Below are positions 22,950 to 35,723 of a DNA stretch of 64,000 nucleotides, piece after piece. Numbering within the stretch: position 1 is the first letter of the stretch; every line of letters starts with the position of its first letter. The DNA is taken from NCBI GenBank assembly GCA_038143065.1, contig JAYQLI010000038.1, forward strand, positions 32,622-96,621, read 5' to 3'. The stretch is from Rhodospirillales bacterium. Lineage in GTDB: Bacteria; Pseudomonadota; Alphaproteobacteria; Bin95. Below the pieces are notes generated by a model. It was not told where the DNA came from, ran no database searches, and saw only the letters and a program-made list of their open reading frames with translations. Both the position numbers and the translations under genes were made by a program.

Positions 22950-25025
22950 TTAGGCTTTGCGGATCAACGCGTCCAATAAAATGATGCCTTTTCCTTCAGG
23001 CCTTACAAGAACAGGGTTGATTTCGGCTTCTTCTACATCGGGACAAGTTGCTAGAGTTGAGACCGCTACAATCGTTCGTGCCAGCGCTTCGATGTCGCCT
23101 TTGGGTTTGCCACGGTACCCACGCAAAAGGGCGAAGGCTTTAACTTCGTTGACCATCTCACGCGCGGTCTCGATTGAAACTGGAGCTGGACGAACTGAGG
23201 CATCCTTGTAGATTTCAGTTATCAAACCACCAGCTGCAACTGTCACAATAGGGCCAATCAGTGGATCGCGGGTGACGCCGATCAATGCTTCACCGAGGCC
23301 CTTGATCATTTCTTGCACGAGGATACCGTCGATATGTGCATCTGGTTTCTTTACTGCGACAGAGGCTTTCATAGTCGTAATTGCTTCAACGACTTCTTCT
23401 AAGCTTTCAAGCCCAACCTGGATTGCGCCCATCTCGGTCTTGTGGGGCAGGTCCTCAGACACAAGTTTGGCGACCATTGGGAAACCTGAGCTACCTGTGT
23501 CTACAGGGGCTTCGGTAGCGAGGACCACTTGGGCTGGTCTGTTCACACCCAGAGCGGCAAAGACTTCACCAGCTTCAACCTCGTTCAGCATACCGCTCGC
23601 AGCACCCTCAATCAGATTGGTTACGACCCTTGGCAGGGTGGCGTCAATTTTGGGTGTTGGCGAGCAGCCTCTCAACAATAACGAGATGGTGTCCGCACAA
23701 CTTTCAACCGAACGGAAAGCAGGCACACCGCCAGATTCTAGCATGCGGATGAACTCTTCTGCATGAGGATCAGGGAAGGCAAATACCGGCGCTGCCCTTC
23801 CGTTTCGCTTCAGCCACAGCATCAACAATTGGGGTCAGCAAGCTCAGGTTAAATTGCGCAGAAGAACCAATTGCTACAACTAATGCTCCTGTTTCCGGGT
23901 CGTTGATAAGTTGAGTGACGACCGTTTTCATGGTTTCGTATTTCGTACCTGCCAAGGTTACATCAACAAGTTTACCGTGTCCGAGCGGAATTTTCTGGGT
24001 CGTTAGGATTTTGCGAGATGTTTGGCTGCAACCTTTGATTTCGACACCACGCAAAGAAAGTTGGTCGATTACCATGCCCACCACCACCTGTAGTGGACAG
24101 GACAGTGACATGCTTTTGGTCGATTGTGCATGCGCGCACATAGATAGTGCAGCAGGAGCCTCCAATAGAGCTTCGAACTGGCTCACCTGCGCAATACCGA
24201 TTGACAACAAAAAGGCGTTGACAGCCCTCTGTCCCGCCCGTAAGGGCGCCGATATGTCGAAACCGCTGAGGGCCTGAGCTTCTTCCGGACTTGCCAAGCA
24301 TATAGGCAACAATTGGTTTGCCAGCAGAATGGGCGCGGTGAGCAAACTCAGCAAGCGCTTTAGGGTTCCTAATGGTCTCCATGAATAGAATGAAAGCATC
24401 TATTTCATCGTCGTCGAGCAAGATTGAGCCGAATTTTCGCCCAACGCTGGCGCTCGCTTCAGTACCAGCCGAAATTGGGTAAAAATGTACATCCCGGGCA
24501 TGACCACGAGACAAAAGTGTACCGATCAAGCTACCGCTTTGGGAGATGACGCAATGCGTCCCGGAATTAGAGTACTTGCTTTGAAGGCGGCGTTGGTTGT
24601 GCAGCTAAAGCCTTTGCGTGTATCAACTATGCCAGTTGAGTTTGGGCCTATCAAAAAGATACCAGCGCTCCGCGCGAGCTCGACTAGTTTGCCTGACGCT
24701 CCTGTCCTCAGGTCCTGCTTCGGCAAATCCGTCAGCAAGTACCGAGACGACTTTAACGCCAGCAGACGCGCAGTCTTGTAAAGCGGCGAGGACTTGATCG
24801 GTACCAACCAGTATGTATGCGTGATCCACCCTGATCTGGGATCGCCGAGACACTGGGGTAGGCTTTAATGCCCTGCACTGTGTCACAGATTGACCGGGTA
24901 ATTTACCGGAATACCCATGCTGTTTCATAAATGACAAGGCCGAGCAGGAGCTTTGTCGGATCATCCGAGGCTCCAATTAATGCAACTGCTGAAGGGGCAG
25001 TGAGCGCTATGAGGTAGTCTTGCAT
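22950..25025 (-). CDS. Acyl-CoA synthetase (NDP-forming), acetate--CoA ligase family
   Basis: VLADGFAEAG, IGPNS.G, SHTGAL-like segment, STTGGG, ATP-grasp C-term PHKTE.G..VQEM..G.EAL.G..DP..GP, EAEINP. Confidence 0.85.
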
Positions 25026-25033
25026 GTATTTTT

Positions 25034-26205
25034 CTATCCGAAGCTCTTAGCTTGGGGTGGTCGTTGTGAGAAGCGGCGCTCGAATATACCTTCGGCTATC
25101 CGATTCTTGAGGATCTCAATAGATCCGCCTGCGATCATCCAGCCGCGTGTGCGTCTCACACAGTATTGTGCAAGGCTATCCTCGCTGAAGCCCAAACCTC
25201 CAAGTATCTGCATAGATTCATTAGCCGCGAAGAAGCCCGCTTCGTTACAGGCAAGCTTTGCCATTGCAGTATCTTGCGCTGATGGCAGTTTTGTTTCGGC
25301 GTTCACCACAGCGCGCATCAAGAGGGAGTTGTGCAGCTTCTAGTTTGGTTGCAATGTCGGCGCATTCCATTGTAGTCCCTGGAATTCGCACAGGTCACGT
25401 CCAAATTGTTTCCGAGTTGCAGCGTATTCGCGGGCTAAATTAAAGGCGTAGCGACCCCAGCGACTGCGCGGGAGGCGTTTCCGAGGCGTTCCACATTAAA
25501 ACCCGCTATTTGTTTCTTAAAACCACCTGCACCCAAAAGTATGTTCTGTTTGGGAATACGACAGTTTTCAAAATAGAGTTGTGACCAATTTTCGCCATTC
25601 ATAAAAGCAGAGGGTTTGCCGACCGTGAACCCGGGCGTACCTTTTTCAATTAAGACTGAACCAATTCCATCGACAACCCGGGCCAAAGCGAACGTAGACT
25701 AGGAATACCTCTGCCTCGGCGCTGTGCGTGCCGAATATTTTACTACCATTGATTATTACTTCTTTACCGTCTTCTGTTGCGGTTGTCCGCAATTCTGTCA
25801 CGGCTGAGCCAGCTTCAGGTTCAGACATGCCGACCGACATTACGGCTTTGCCTGCAAGGATACGTGGCAGGAAGCGGTCGCGCTGTTCGTCGGTGGCGTA
25901 TTCAGCGAAAGTCCGGATCGCACCAAAGTTACCCGCTTGAACAACGTCTGCGCTGCGAGGGCAGTCTCTGCGACCGCCTGGATCGCTAGCACGGCGTTCA
26001 TTAGTGAACCGCAAATACCGCCTTTTTCTTCTGGTATGGTGATCCCAAGCAAGCCAAATTCAGAAAACTTCTCAGCAATATCCCAAGGGTATTCGTCTGA
26101 ATGCGCACGTTGTAAAGCCCCTTCAGCTAGCTCTTTTTCCCAGCAAATTTTCAGACGGAATTGTAAAAGATTGTTTGATCTTCGGTAAGCTCAAAATTCA
26201 GCCAT
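25034..26205 (-). CDS. Acyl-CoA dehydrogenase
   Basis: LGITIPEEKGG, MSEPEAGSAVTELRTTA, INGSKIF, ESMQILGGLG, IAGGSIEI. Confidence 0.88.
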
Positions 26206-26295
26206 GACTCATCTTGTATTGTTTTATCGTTTAAGAATAGGCAAACATATGAGCAAAGAAATTGGTGTTTCATCACAAGAGGCCAACGAAAAGTT

Positions 26296-27176
26296 ATGAC
26301 AAGGCGATATCTGAATGTCCCGCTGAATCCGTTGAGAGCGTTTGCTGTCGCTTCGCAGCACAAGACATTTACCGCCGCAGCACAACAAATAGGGGTAATC
26401 AAGTCGCTATCAGCCGTCCAGATCGGTATACTTGAAGACTACTTGGATATTCAGCTTTTTGAACGCGGCGCGCGATCAGTGAAATTGACGGGAACAAGGG
26501 ACGTGCCTTTTCACTAGAAATATTCATCACCTTAGACGGTATTGCGGCGGCTACAAACCGACTATCCAGCGAGCGCGAACGAATTGGTGGATCTATATAC
26601 CCAACATTTGCTCATCATTTGTTGATGCCGAATGCCCAGCTTTTGGATGCGCGATCCTGATTATAATGTCGAAACGATGCTCATGTCGAACCGTTAGATT
26701 TTCGCAGCACGCATGTCGACGTTGCAGTTCAGCTTGGAAGCGGTAATTGGCGAGATGGAAGTCACGTATATTATTTCCGAACGTCTCGATGCGGTTTGCA
26801 GTCCTGAATACATAAAAAAGCTGGAAGCGGGCGACGTTGATATTAGACTTTTACACTCGAAATACCGCCGCCGTGCTTGGGAGATCTGGACGGCATGGTC
26901 AGTGTATCTGTACCTTTCGAGAAAGAATTAGAGTTTGAATCCTCCTCATTGACTTACAGTGCAGCGATCAGCGGTATGGGACTTGCCATTGGTCAGATCG
27001 ATATTTTGCGGCGTGAGTTGGAGGCGGGGTTGCTTGACGCCTTTTGCCTCGCCACAAGTCACAGGATCGAGTTTTTATGTCATTTGGCCGATGATCAATC
27101 GACTGCTCCGCAGACCAAACGTTTATTAATTGGCTTCTAACCGTGAACGGACAGAATCCGAATTCATTAAATATAG
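26296..27176 (+). CDS. LysR-family regulator (GcvA-like), divergent from the acyl-CoA operon
   Basis: PLNPLRAFAVASQHKTFTAAA..LEDYLDIQLFER; DVAVQ.G; AAISGMGLAIG. Confidence 0.85.
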
Positions 27177-27220
27177 CTTATGACACTTTGCTCGACCCAG
27201 ATGTAAGACTTGAGAGAGAT

Positions 27221-28208
27221 ATGAAACGCCAATCCACGATTGATATTAAAAAGTTGCGCCACATTGTAGAGCTTGCGATTTCGAAATGTGACGCGTGCTG
27301 CCGAAACTTTGGGCCCTGACTCAATCGGCGTTGTCTCGTAGCATACAAGAGATTGAAGCCGAGCTGGGAAAAGCCTTATTTACACGGCATTCGGAAAGGT
27401 GTCTCGATCACCGATATGGGTAATGATATTGCCCGGCGTGCTGAGGGAGGTACTAGAGAGCTACGAAGATCTTTTAACGACACCAGAACGAAGCACGCGC
27501 GCCATGTTCAGGCACTTAAAAAATAGGTGTAATTCCAGCTGTCGTACCAAGGCCTAATCCGAAAACCGGTTGCCTCGTTCGCGGCAGAATTTCCAGAAGT
27601 TTCAATTTCGAATACAAACTGGTTCCTCAGATGAATTGACTGCAAACTTGAAACGGGACAACTTGATGTTCTGGTTGGATATGGAAACTGGCTGCCGTTG
27701 GGAAAGCGTTTTTATCGTAAGGACTGTTGCAGAGATGCATCAAGCAATTCTTGTGCGCAAGGATCACCCGCTCAGTAGACTTGAGAAAGTGTCGGATAAT
27801 GACATCATGGTCATCCTTGTATTCTGCCGTCTTCGATGTACTCAGATCACAACGAAATCTGATGTGTTTCAGGAAAATTTGGGCTGGTCGCGACCACAAA
27901 GGTATCACACTGACGATTTTCAAACGATGCTTGCGATTGTTTAACAATAAAACAGATGCATTTTTTACCATTGCTTGGTGCAAGCATCCTCAAGTTTTGA
28001 GAAGCTAAAGGACAATTTCCTAATACTTCCCGACATAGAAATCCTTCCGCGGCAGGATTTGGTTGTGGCACGACTTTCAAATAGCCGTAAGAATGAATTA
28101 CTTACCGTTGTGACACGATTGGGCGGTTCTTACAGACGCCCTGAAGGTGACCGCCGCGAGCTAGAGGATCGCACGCAGCGGTCTGGGAGGAAGCGTTATT
28201 CGTTCTAA
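27221..28208 (+). CDS. LysR-family regulator (second), frameshifted
   Basis: VTRAAETL.LTQSALSRSIQEIEAELGKALF.R; FQFRIQTGSSDEL; VRKDHPL. Confidence 0.75.
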
Positions 28209-28232
28209 TCTTCTGGAGAGGTGTCGTGGCTA

Positions 28233-30225
28233 CTATACACTCGCTACTGTCGATGGTTGCTGGAAGTTTCGAATCGCCATACCAGGCAATAGAATTATAA
28301 TTGCCACTACGATTAACACCCAATGGTCCACATTCAACAGTCCACCCCCTGGGGCTGCCAAAACAACGCCTCCTATGAACATGAGCAAACGCGATAAAAT
28401 TCCCAAAGGTGATCTAGGCGCCTTCAATACCCTGGAGATAGCCCTGAAGGGCAGCCGCAACAAATACGATCTGATAACAAGCGCCGTTACGCAGACAAGT
28501 ATGACTTCGCCCATGTCTGCTTGCCTATTAGTGCGGGGTTCAACACAAAAAGAAAGGTATGAAGTAGATAATCGATCCTATGCGCATTTTTGACCCCTGT
28601 CGTCATACGAGACCCTGAACGAGAGATTGTGGATGCAGCAAATGCGGCTGGTGCCACAGAGGCGTTATGAAGCTAGCATACCCCAGTAAAGGAACATGTG
28701 GATGGACATCGGATTCAAACCCAACGCGATTAATGATGGTGCTAGGATAATAGCGAGAAAGATATATGCCGCTGTAACGGTCATACCAATACCTAGAACA
28801 AAACTAGTCAAAGCACCCATTATGAGCAGCAGAAAGGGATCACTCCCTGCCAGGAACACTAGGTCGTTGGTTAAGGTTCCGGTCATGCCCGTTAATTGCA
28901 GAGCGCCCACGATTAGGCCAATGGCTCCAAGAAGTGCAGAAATTTCAGCCAAAAGACAGCCCGTGGCATAAAGAAAGGCAATAATTCGCATCTTGTCCAT
29001 TCTGTGTCCTTTCTTCAATTGGTTGAGCGCCAACAGAAGGATAGTCGCATGTAAAACGGTGCCTTGGATCTTGCTTCAAGAAGATCAACATCCATATCAA
29101 AACACCAAAGACAAGTAGGTAGTGCCAGCCATCTTTAATAATCGCTGAGATCGTAGGAAGCTCTTCTTTGGGTACACCTTCGAGTTGATTTGCTGCCGCG
29201 TAGGAGATCGATCTGCATGAACAGGCCAAAGTAGTAGAGAGCGGACGGGATCACTGCCGCTAAGGCTACTTCGACGTAAGATACGTTAAGGAAATTCGCC
29301 ATGATAAAGGCAGTAGCGCCCATGATGGGTGGCATCAAAACTCCACCAGTAGAAGCGCAAGCTTCAATAGCACCGGCTGTTTTTAGGCTGCTGTTCTATC
29401 TTGGTCATAGCTGGGATCGTCAGCGTGCCAGTGGTTAGTACGTTTGTTACCGGTCCACCTGACATCGAGCCGAATAGGCCGGACGAGAAGATCGCCACCT
29501 TGGCCGGACCGCCGCGTTTATGACCCATCAGTGCAAATGCCATGTTAATAGAAAAATCCGCCAGCGCCTGTATAGATCAAAGCTACTCCAAATAGCATAA
29601 ACCCAAGAGACCAGTAGGCCGAGCGCTCGCATTGGGATGCCAAGATAACTCTCTTCTGAATACATGTGGAAGTTTGCCGTTTCCCAAATAGTTGAAGGGA
29701 CGCCAGAGATAATTTCGGGCATGCTTGCAACATAAAGCGGATACAGAGAAATGATTGCAACGACGAAAAGGACCGCCAAACCACCGGAGCGACGCCCGCC
29801 CTCTGCTAATAGTAACCAAAAAGACAATGCAGCATACGTTGCGTACTCTGGCGCGACATATTCCCAGCCATAGTCAATGATGGCATCAGATTGAATGACA
29901 AAGAAAATTGTAAAGTGCAGGTCCCGAGACAAAGAGTAGGACATCATACCAGGGGACTTTGGTTCGCGAAGATGTTTCTGTCGCAGGTAGCACTATAAAG
30001 ACCATAGCAAGCAAAGTCCCACCGATCAGGTAAAGATATCGATTTGCAAAGTAAGACCGTCCCGAAAAGTGGCTTTAAAAAAGCCAAGCAAAAAAACCTG
30101 GTTGATGCAGATCGCAACAATTATTAGCCCCAAAACAATAATAATGGTTTTCCAAACAGGCCCAAGCTCTCGATAGCGCTTAGACCCAATGTCAGTATCT
30201 CGGATGGATTTTTTTCGTTGGACAT
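28233..30225 (-). CDS. TRAP fused permease (4TM/12TM, TAXI-associated)
   Basis: RGGPAKVAI, TTGTLTIP, EACASTGG.LMPPIMGATAFIMA, LGIGMTVTAAYI. Confidence 0.88.
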
Positions 30226-30245
30226 TGTGCAGCCCCAAGTTTCAG

Positions 30246-30282
30246 AAAAAATGCGTGACGAGCCCTCGGGCCGTCACGCATT
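30246..30282 (-). terminator. Stem-loop with U-tract between the TAXI binding protein and permease genes
   Basis: AATGCGTGACG...CGTCACGCATT, an 11 bp stem, followed by T6 on the minus strand. Confidence 0.7.
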
Positions 30283-30304
30283 CATGTTAATTGCGAAGCG
30301 GCGC

Positions 30305-31464
30305 TTACCAGGTTTCAAACAGCACAGGCAGTCCGGCTTCTTTTAGAGCGGCAGAGCGGGCAGCAGCCCAGCCAGCCTTAAACTCGTCGGCGTCTTGCGA
30401 AGCGGCGGGCACATAGGCTTCCCATGTTTCTCTCAGAACTTTCTGTCGCAACAGTCCTTTTTGACGGTTGGCTTCAGCTGCTTCAGTCCAGGCGCCGATT
30501 TCTTTATAGTAGCGTACTGCACCGGCATTTATCGGTACAAGTGAACCCTCTAGATTTTGACGATCCAAAGCCCAGCCACCGTTGGCAGGCGCTTTATCAC
30601 GATAATTATCGATATTTTCGTACATCCACTTGGTCATTGCATATGACATATTGTCGTCGCCATTGATCGATATCAGTACGGGATAAGGACTGGTGATCCC
30701 CTCCATTCCACCTTTGGGCACCGCGGCACCTACCGTGCAAACTTGTGGTTGGTACCACGGTACAACACCCTGTAGGCGGGCCCAGCCTTCTGTATCATCA
30801 TGTGGTGTTTCAATGTGTTTAACGCCACGAGGACCTGCTTGCATTTTCACCACGGTGCCCGAAGCTGTCGAAGTTTGAGTGAAGTCAATCTGACCGGCAA
30901 TGATGCCATCAACAGCGGCACCATTGCTGCCCACGTCGATTACTTCAACATCGTCCAGTGCGTTAACCCTGCAAATGCTAGCTGAGCTTTGGCGCCGAGG
31001 AGGAACGCCGCCGACGATCGTACCAGACCGAGGCGTTTGCCCTTAAGGTCGGCCATGTTATCCACGTCATCTAGATCACCTGCAATCGAGAATATGCTTG
31101 AACAAGCGTCCGAAATATTGTGCATCAGTATTGAGGTTGGCTGTAGGCCCCAAGCGCGTTCTCCGAAGGTAAACACGCCCTCTTGAGAATAAACATTGTC
31201 TGAACCGGTCGCAGAGAATTGTGCTTTCCCACTGAGAAGGGGAAGAAGGCGGGAAATGTCGTTCTTGCCTGGCAGGGATACGCAAGTTCACTTCGTCGGT
31301 TTGTTTCAGGACACTGCCGATGGCTATGGACTGAGCATTGGCAGTCAGCCGGTCCCGTAGGTTGTCCATACAAGCGTCTTAGGTAATTGGTCGCTTTCTG
31401 CTAAAAGCAGAGCCAGCATTTAATACTAATGCAGCCACGCCGCACGTTTCAAGTTCCGTTTCAT
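30305..31464 (-). CDS. TAXI-family TRAP solute-binding protein
   Basis: AQSIAIGSVLK, F..RAWG.QP, DLKGKR, AGPRGV, VPINAGAVRYYKEIGAW. Confidence 0.82.
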
Positions 31465-31559
31465 TTATCACTCCCATTTGATATTCTTATAAGAAAAAAA
31501 ATATGCATAAGAGAATGATTCTGTCTACTCTTAATTGTTAATTGAATTAGTATTTTGTT

Positions 31560-31973
31560 TTAATCATGCTGATTCGAAAAAAAACGGCTTGCGCGCGCGC
31601 GTATATCTTTCGATTCTCATCAGTCATTTCAGCTTCAACAAAAGGTATTTTGCCCGCCCCCAATTACCTTGGCGCTTACTGATATTTCGCCCGGATGCAC
31701 TGCCATCAAAATTGGATGTTTATTGGTAACGTTCTTTTGTCGTGGCTTTCCAGGGGCGACATAGCCGACTAGCCCTATGGCGTAATCCAGGTGCTCGCGA
31801 TGACGCCACCGTGAGCTATATGCAGAATATTTAGGTGCCTTTGGTCTATATTAATACCAGACCCGACTTCTTCCAGGGGCTAGTGCGATAACCTTGATAC
31901 CTATTAAATCGTTGAAAGAACCAAGGTCTTTTCCCATAGGTACATCTGTGTCCCATATAGTTTCGTCGGCCAT
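31560..31973 (-). CDS. PaaI-family hotdog thioesterase (not in ORF track because of frameshifts)
   Basis: Hand translation: MADETIWD..FNDLIGIKV..HLNILHIAHGGVIAS..DYAIG..SAKVIGAGK..FVEAEMTDE..YARAQAVF. Confidence 0.75.
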
Positions 31974-32443
31974 GCGGTGTTACCTCACATCTGATTTTTT
32001 TCTTTTTGAGAGTTCATCTTGGATTTAATCTCAAGTAACTTAAGTGTGTGTTTGTACCGAAAACTCAGGAGCGGAAATCGTATTTGATTTGATGATCGGA
32101 TTATGGTTCTGTTGCTAATTTTATTCATGGTGCTCATTGCGAAGATTTCGAGTGGAGTTCGAGAGGTGGGGGTGTGCGTTTTGTAGTCACGGATGTTGAT
32201 TAAATTTACAGAACCTGTCTTGCTTTCGTTGATGGATTAGAAGATTTAACAAGCGAGTGACCGATTTTTTGAGAAGCATTAAATTTAATTTATAAGAAGA
32301 TTTTACGATATAGAAGAAATTTCTTTAAAAAGACACAAATTCTTTTTCTCATGCCTCCACGAATAAGAAACAAATGCGGAGATTTTCATAGAATGTAGCC
32401 AAGAAGCTGGAGGGCGGACGCCAATTTGGGCGTACCAATATCC

Positions 32444-33220
32444 TTAAGAATGAAGCATGCTGGCGGATCCGGCAGCTCAATGCCCGAACCGCCATCGACT
32501 GGAATAACAGCGCCAGTTATATACTCTGCGCGCTCTGATGACAAAAACATGCAGAGGTCCAGCTACTTCTTGCAGCCTTCCAGTTCGTCCCATTGGTATG
32601 GTTTTGAGGCGCTTTTTCTAAAGCCGTTTCAGTTGGGTAGACGCGTTTTAACCCTTCGGTTTCACCAATCAAGCCTGATCACCGAATTGACCCGATACCC
32701 TCGGAACCCCACTCCATCGCGAGCGTGCGAGTGATCGGGTCGACGCCGCTTTGGCGGCGTTGGCATGTATTTTGCCCAATCTGCTCGCAGGGACTGACCC
32801 GCGAAATGATTTATAATTGAACCACCTGGTTTGGTCATATGGATAGGCTGCTCATCACGTGGTAGGTGCCCATGCGCTATCATTCTCAAAACAGAGCGGA
32901 AACCGTTGGATGAGATGTTTTTCGCTAGTGCCCAAAAATTTCCTGCAGCGCCAGAAATAAGAACGTCGATTGCTCCGAAGCCTTCCGTACACTTCGCGAA
33001 TGCAGCCTCTACTTCTGCGACATGTCGTACGTCGGCTGCGCAACCGTCAGCTTCTGTACCCATTTTCACGAAGTTCGGTTACCGTATCAACTTTGTCTTG
33101 AGAACGTGAAAAGACAAATAGCCGAGCACCGCTTTCAGCAAAGCCCTTTGCTATACCGCGATTGATACCGCGTGTTCCTCCTGCTACAACAACTGTTTTG
33201 CTTTTGCCGTCGTATAACAT
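32444..33220 (-). CDS. SDR oxidoreductase, peroxisomal-type 2,4-dienoyl-CoA reductase-like
   Basis: VVVAGGTRGIN, ADVR, IDVLISGAAGNF.A.A..ISSNGF.SV, RVNSVI. Confidence 0.78.
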
Positions 33221-34353
33221 TAAAGCGTCTCCTGGCTGGACAAAACTACGGTTCCTGCTGCGTGAAACATACCTCCAACTCCATGTACGACTGAAACTTT
33301 TGCATCAGGCACCTGTGCTGGCGAAATACTGCGCATTTGGCGAACGCCCTCTTGTAATGCATACATGCCATACATACCAGAGTGCATGTAGGAAAGACCA
33401 CCGCCGTGGTATTCATCAGTAACTTGCCGCCCGGGCGCGTGTTACCCTTGGATGAATGCCTCTCCGCGATCAACAAAACCCAAGTCTTCCAATCCATAAA
33501 TTGGGAGGTGAGCAAAGGCATCATAAATCATCAGGTGATCGACGTCTTCATGCTTGATAGAAGCTTCTGAAAAGGCGCGCGCGCCAGAAATACGGAATGC
33601 TTCAGAGGAGGTAAAGGTTTTCATTTGACTGATGCCTGCTGTCTCCGCACTTTATCCAGTGCCATGCACGTAAACTGGTTTGGTCGGAAAATCCTTGGCG
33701 CGTGCGGCCCCGGTGTAATGATCAATGCGCCCACCATCTGACACAAGGCAACATTGCAGTTTGCGGAACGGATAGCTAATCATCTTCGAGTTTAGTACAT
33801 CGTCCACAGTGATTGGATCACGAAAAGCTCGCGCGGGGATGAAATCCTGCCCATTCCCGCTGCACAACGGCGACCATTGCAAGTTGCTCGTCAGTGACGC
33901 CGTATTTTTCATGTAGCGCATAGTGCAGGAATCGTAAAACGAGTTGGCGGAGCAAAAGCACCATATGGGGATTTCGAATTGCATTTCTGTCTGGTTTGGA
34001 AATACAGAAATGAACTTGCCCAGACGATGGCGTCCGCTTTCTCCATGCGTGATCAAAACAGTCGAACATTGGCCTGATGATCGCAGCGAGCGCGTGACGT
34101 AGGATAATAAATGAGCAACCTCCAACAGACGTGCCGTCAACCCATTCAGGCGTAATGCACCTGGAAGTAGCTGGCGATTTCGCAAGCGTCATGCGCAGCG
34201 GTGGCTAATCCATCGATGTCCTTTGCCGTCAGAATCCGCCGTTCGCCATTGCGTTCAGCGCGGCATCCGCATGAATTTGCGTTGCCCATATTGGGTTTAC
34301 CCATGTCCTGTGGACTCAGCAGCACCGACGATGGCGATTTTTGGTTTCGTCAT
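33220..34353 (-). CDS. SCP2-type thiolase-superfamily protein (Ltp2-like aldolase candidate)
   Basis: DGTSVGGCSF, LQCCLVSDGG, DHLMIYDAFAHLPIYGLEDLGF, MNT.GGGLSYMHSGMYG. Confidence 0.85.
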
Positions 34354-34369
34354 GACCAGTCCCTCCTAT

Positions 34370-34773
34370 TTATTTGCAGGCTTGAATTGCGGTAGTGTGA
34401 TGTTGTCCGTCACTTTTTCGAAAGTGACCTCCAACTGCATATCCAAGTGCAGCGCTTCCGGTGTTTGGTCGCAATCAAGGATGTTGCACATCATACGAGG
34501 ACCTCTTCTAGTTCCACAACTGCGATTGCAAAGGGGGGCTCCAGACCTGGGGTGGGAATATGATTTATTACGTAAGAATAAAGAGTTGCTTTTCCGGAAG
34601 CATTGAATTCAGACACATCGCGTGACGAACAGTGTGGACAAAAAGGGCGTGGTGGGAAATAAGCTTTCTGGCAGTTGCAGCAGCGTTGGAGCTTTAGGCA
34701 GCCCTCTTTCGCGCCATCCCAATAGGATTGTGTTTCCGGTGTCCGGTACCGGCAATTTGCGCTCAGTACTCAT
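34370..34773 (-). CDS. DUF35 Zn-ribbon/OB-fold protein
   Basis: LPVPD..FW.G.R.G.L.LQRC.NC..FPPRPFCPHC; GPRMMCNILDCDQTPEALHLDMQLEVTF. Confidence 0.85.
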
Positions 34774-34832
34774 AGTGCTTATTCCCTTTTTGGAGCGACT
34801 CACCTAAGATAAGCCGATTGGTTCAGGGGAGT

Positions 34833-35713
34833 TTATTTAGTGAGACGGTCACCTTACCATTGTTAAGGACGACAATATCGCGCTCAACAGACCGTGCTCG
34901 AAATGAGAGACGGTTTGGTTGTCTTGCCAGATTTCAGTGCGGATCGTTTCACCGGATACAGACGGGAGCCGAGAACCTAAGATCAAGGCTGCGCATCTGC
35001 TCTGTTTTATATTCACAACAAGTCCTAAGAACCGCGTGCGCCGCAATTCCGAGTGTGCACAATCCGTGTAAAATTGGTACATTAAAACCAGCCGTCCGAG
35101 CTGTTTCTGGACAGGCGATAACATTAGATTGGTGCTCTGGAAGACAGTCGATAGATGTAGGGCCAAATTCTTGGTGGTTGAAAGATCACAGACTGTGTCT
35201 GGTTCACGGTCAGGCAATTTGTGTACAGGTTTGGCTGGCGTTGCTGGGCCATCAAATCCGCCATTACCTCGCGCGAACGACGTAGTTGTAACTGTGGCCA
35301 AGAGTTCGTCGTTATCAGCATTATAAATATCGCGAGTGACATAAAAGAGGTGCACCTTTATCAACACCCATATCAACGATACCATCAACGCGCGAGGTTG
35401 CTCGGACGGTGCCAGCCACTGGTAGTGGGGCATGCATTTCGATGTTTTGCTCACCATGAAGAATCTTTTTCCAATCCACCCCGGTGTTGGGATCTCTGAA
35501 CCAATGGCCAGGACGCGATAGAATTACTGACATCCATGGCAGCGCAGAAAATTTGGACCGTTCTTCGAAAACAAAGTCTAGTTGTTTTTCGTCCATAGGG
35601 TCGCTTCCGACGCCGACACCAAGTGCATACAGAATAGTATCGCGTTCTGTGTAGGTTTGGATGACCTCTTCGAAGGGCCAGTTTTTCAGGAAGATTGTAG
35701 TCTAGTCACTCAT
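34833..35713 (-). CDS. Double-hotdog MaoC dehydratase (enoyl-CoA hydratase 2 / BaiE-MFE2-like)
   Basis: YTERDTILYALGVG, ILHGEQ.IE.H.PLP, RG.GGFDG, LALIYRL, PILHGLCT.G. Confidence 0.85.
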
Positions 35714-35723
35714 ATGCATTCTC

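Noticed and set aside
31590-31601. (GC)n palindromic run
   Set aside because: It falls within the 3' end of the PaaI thioesterase coding sequence (YARAQ).
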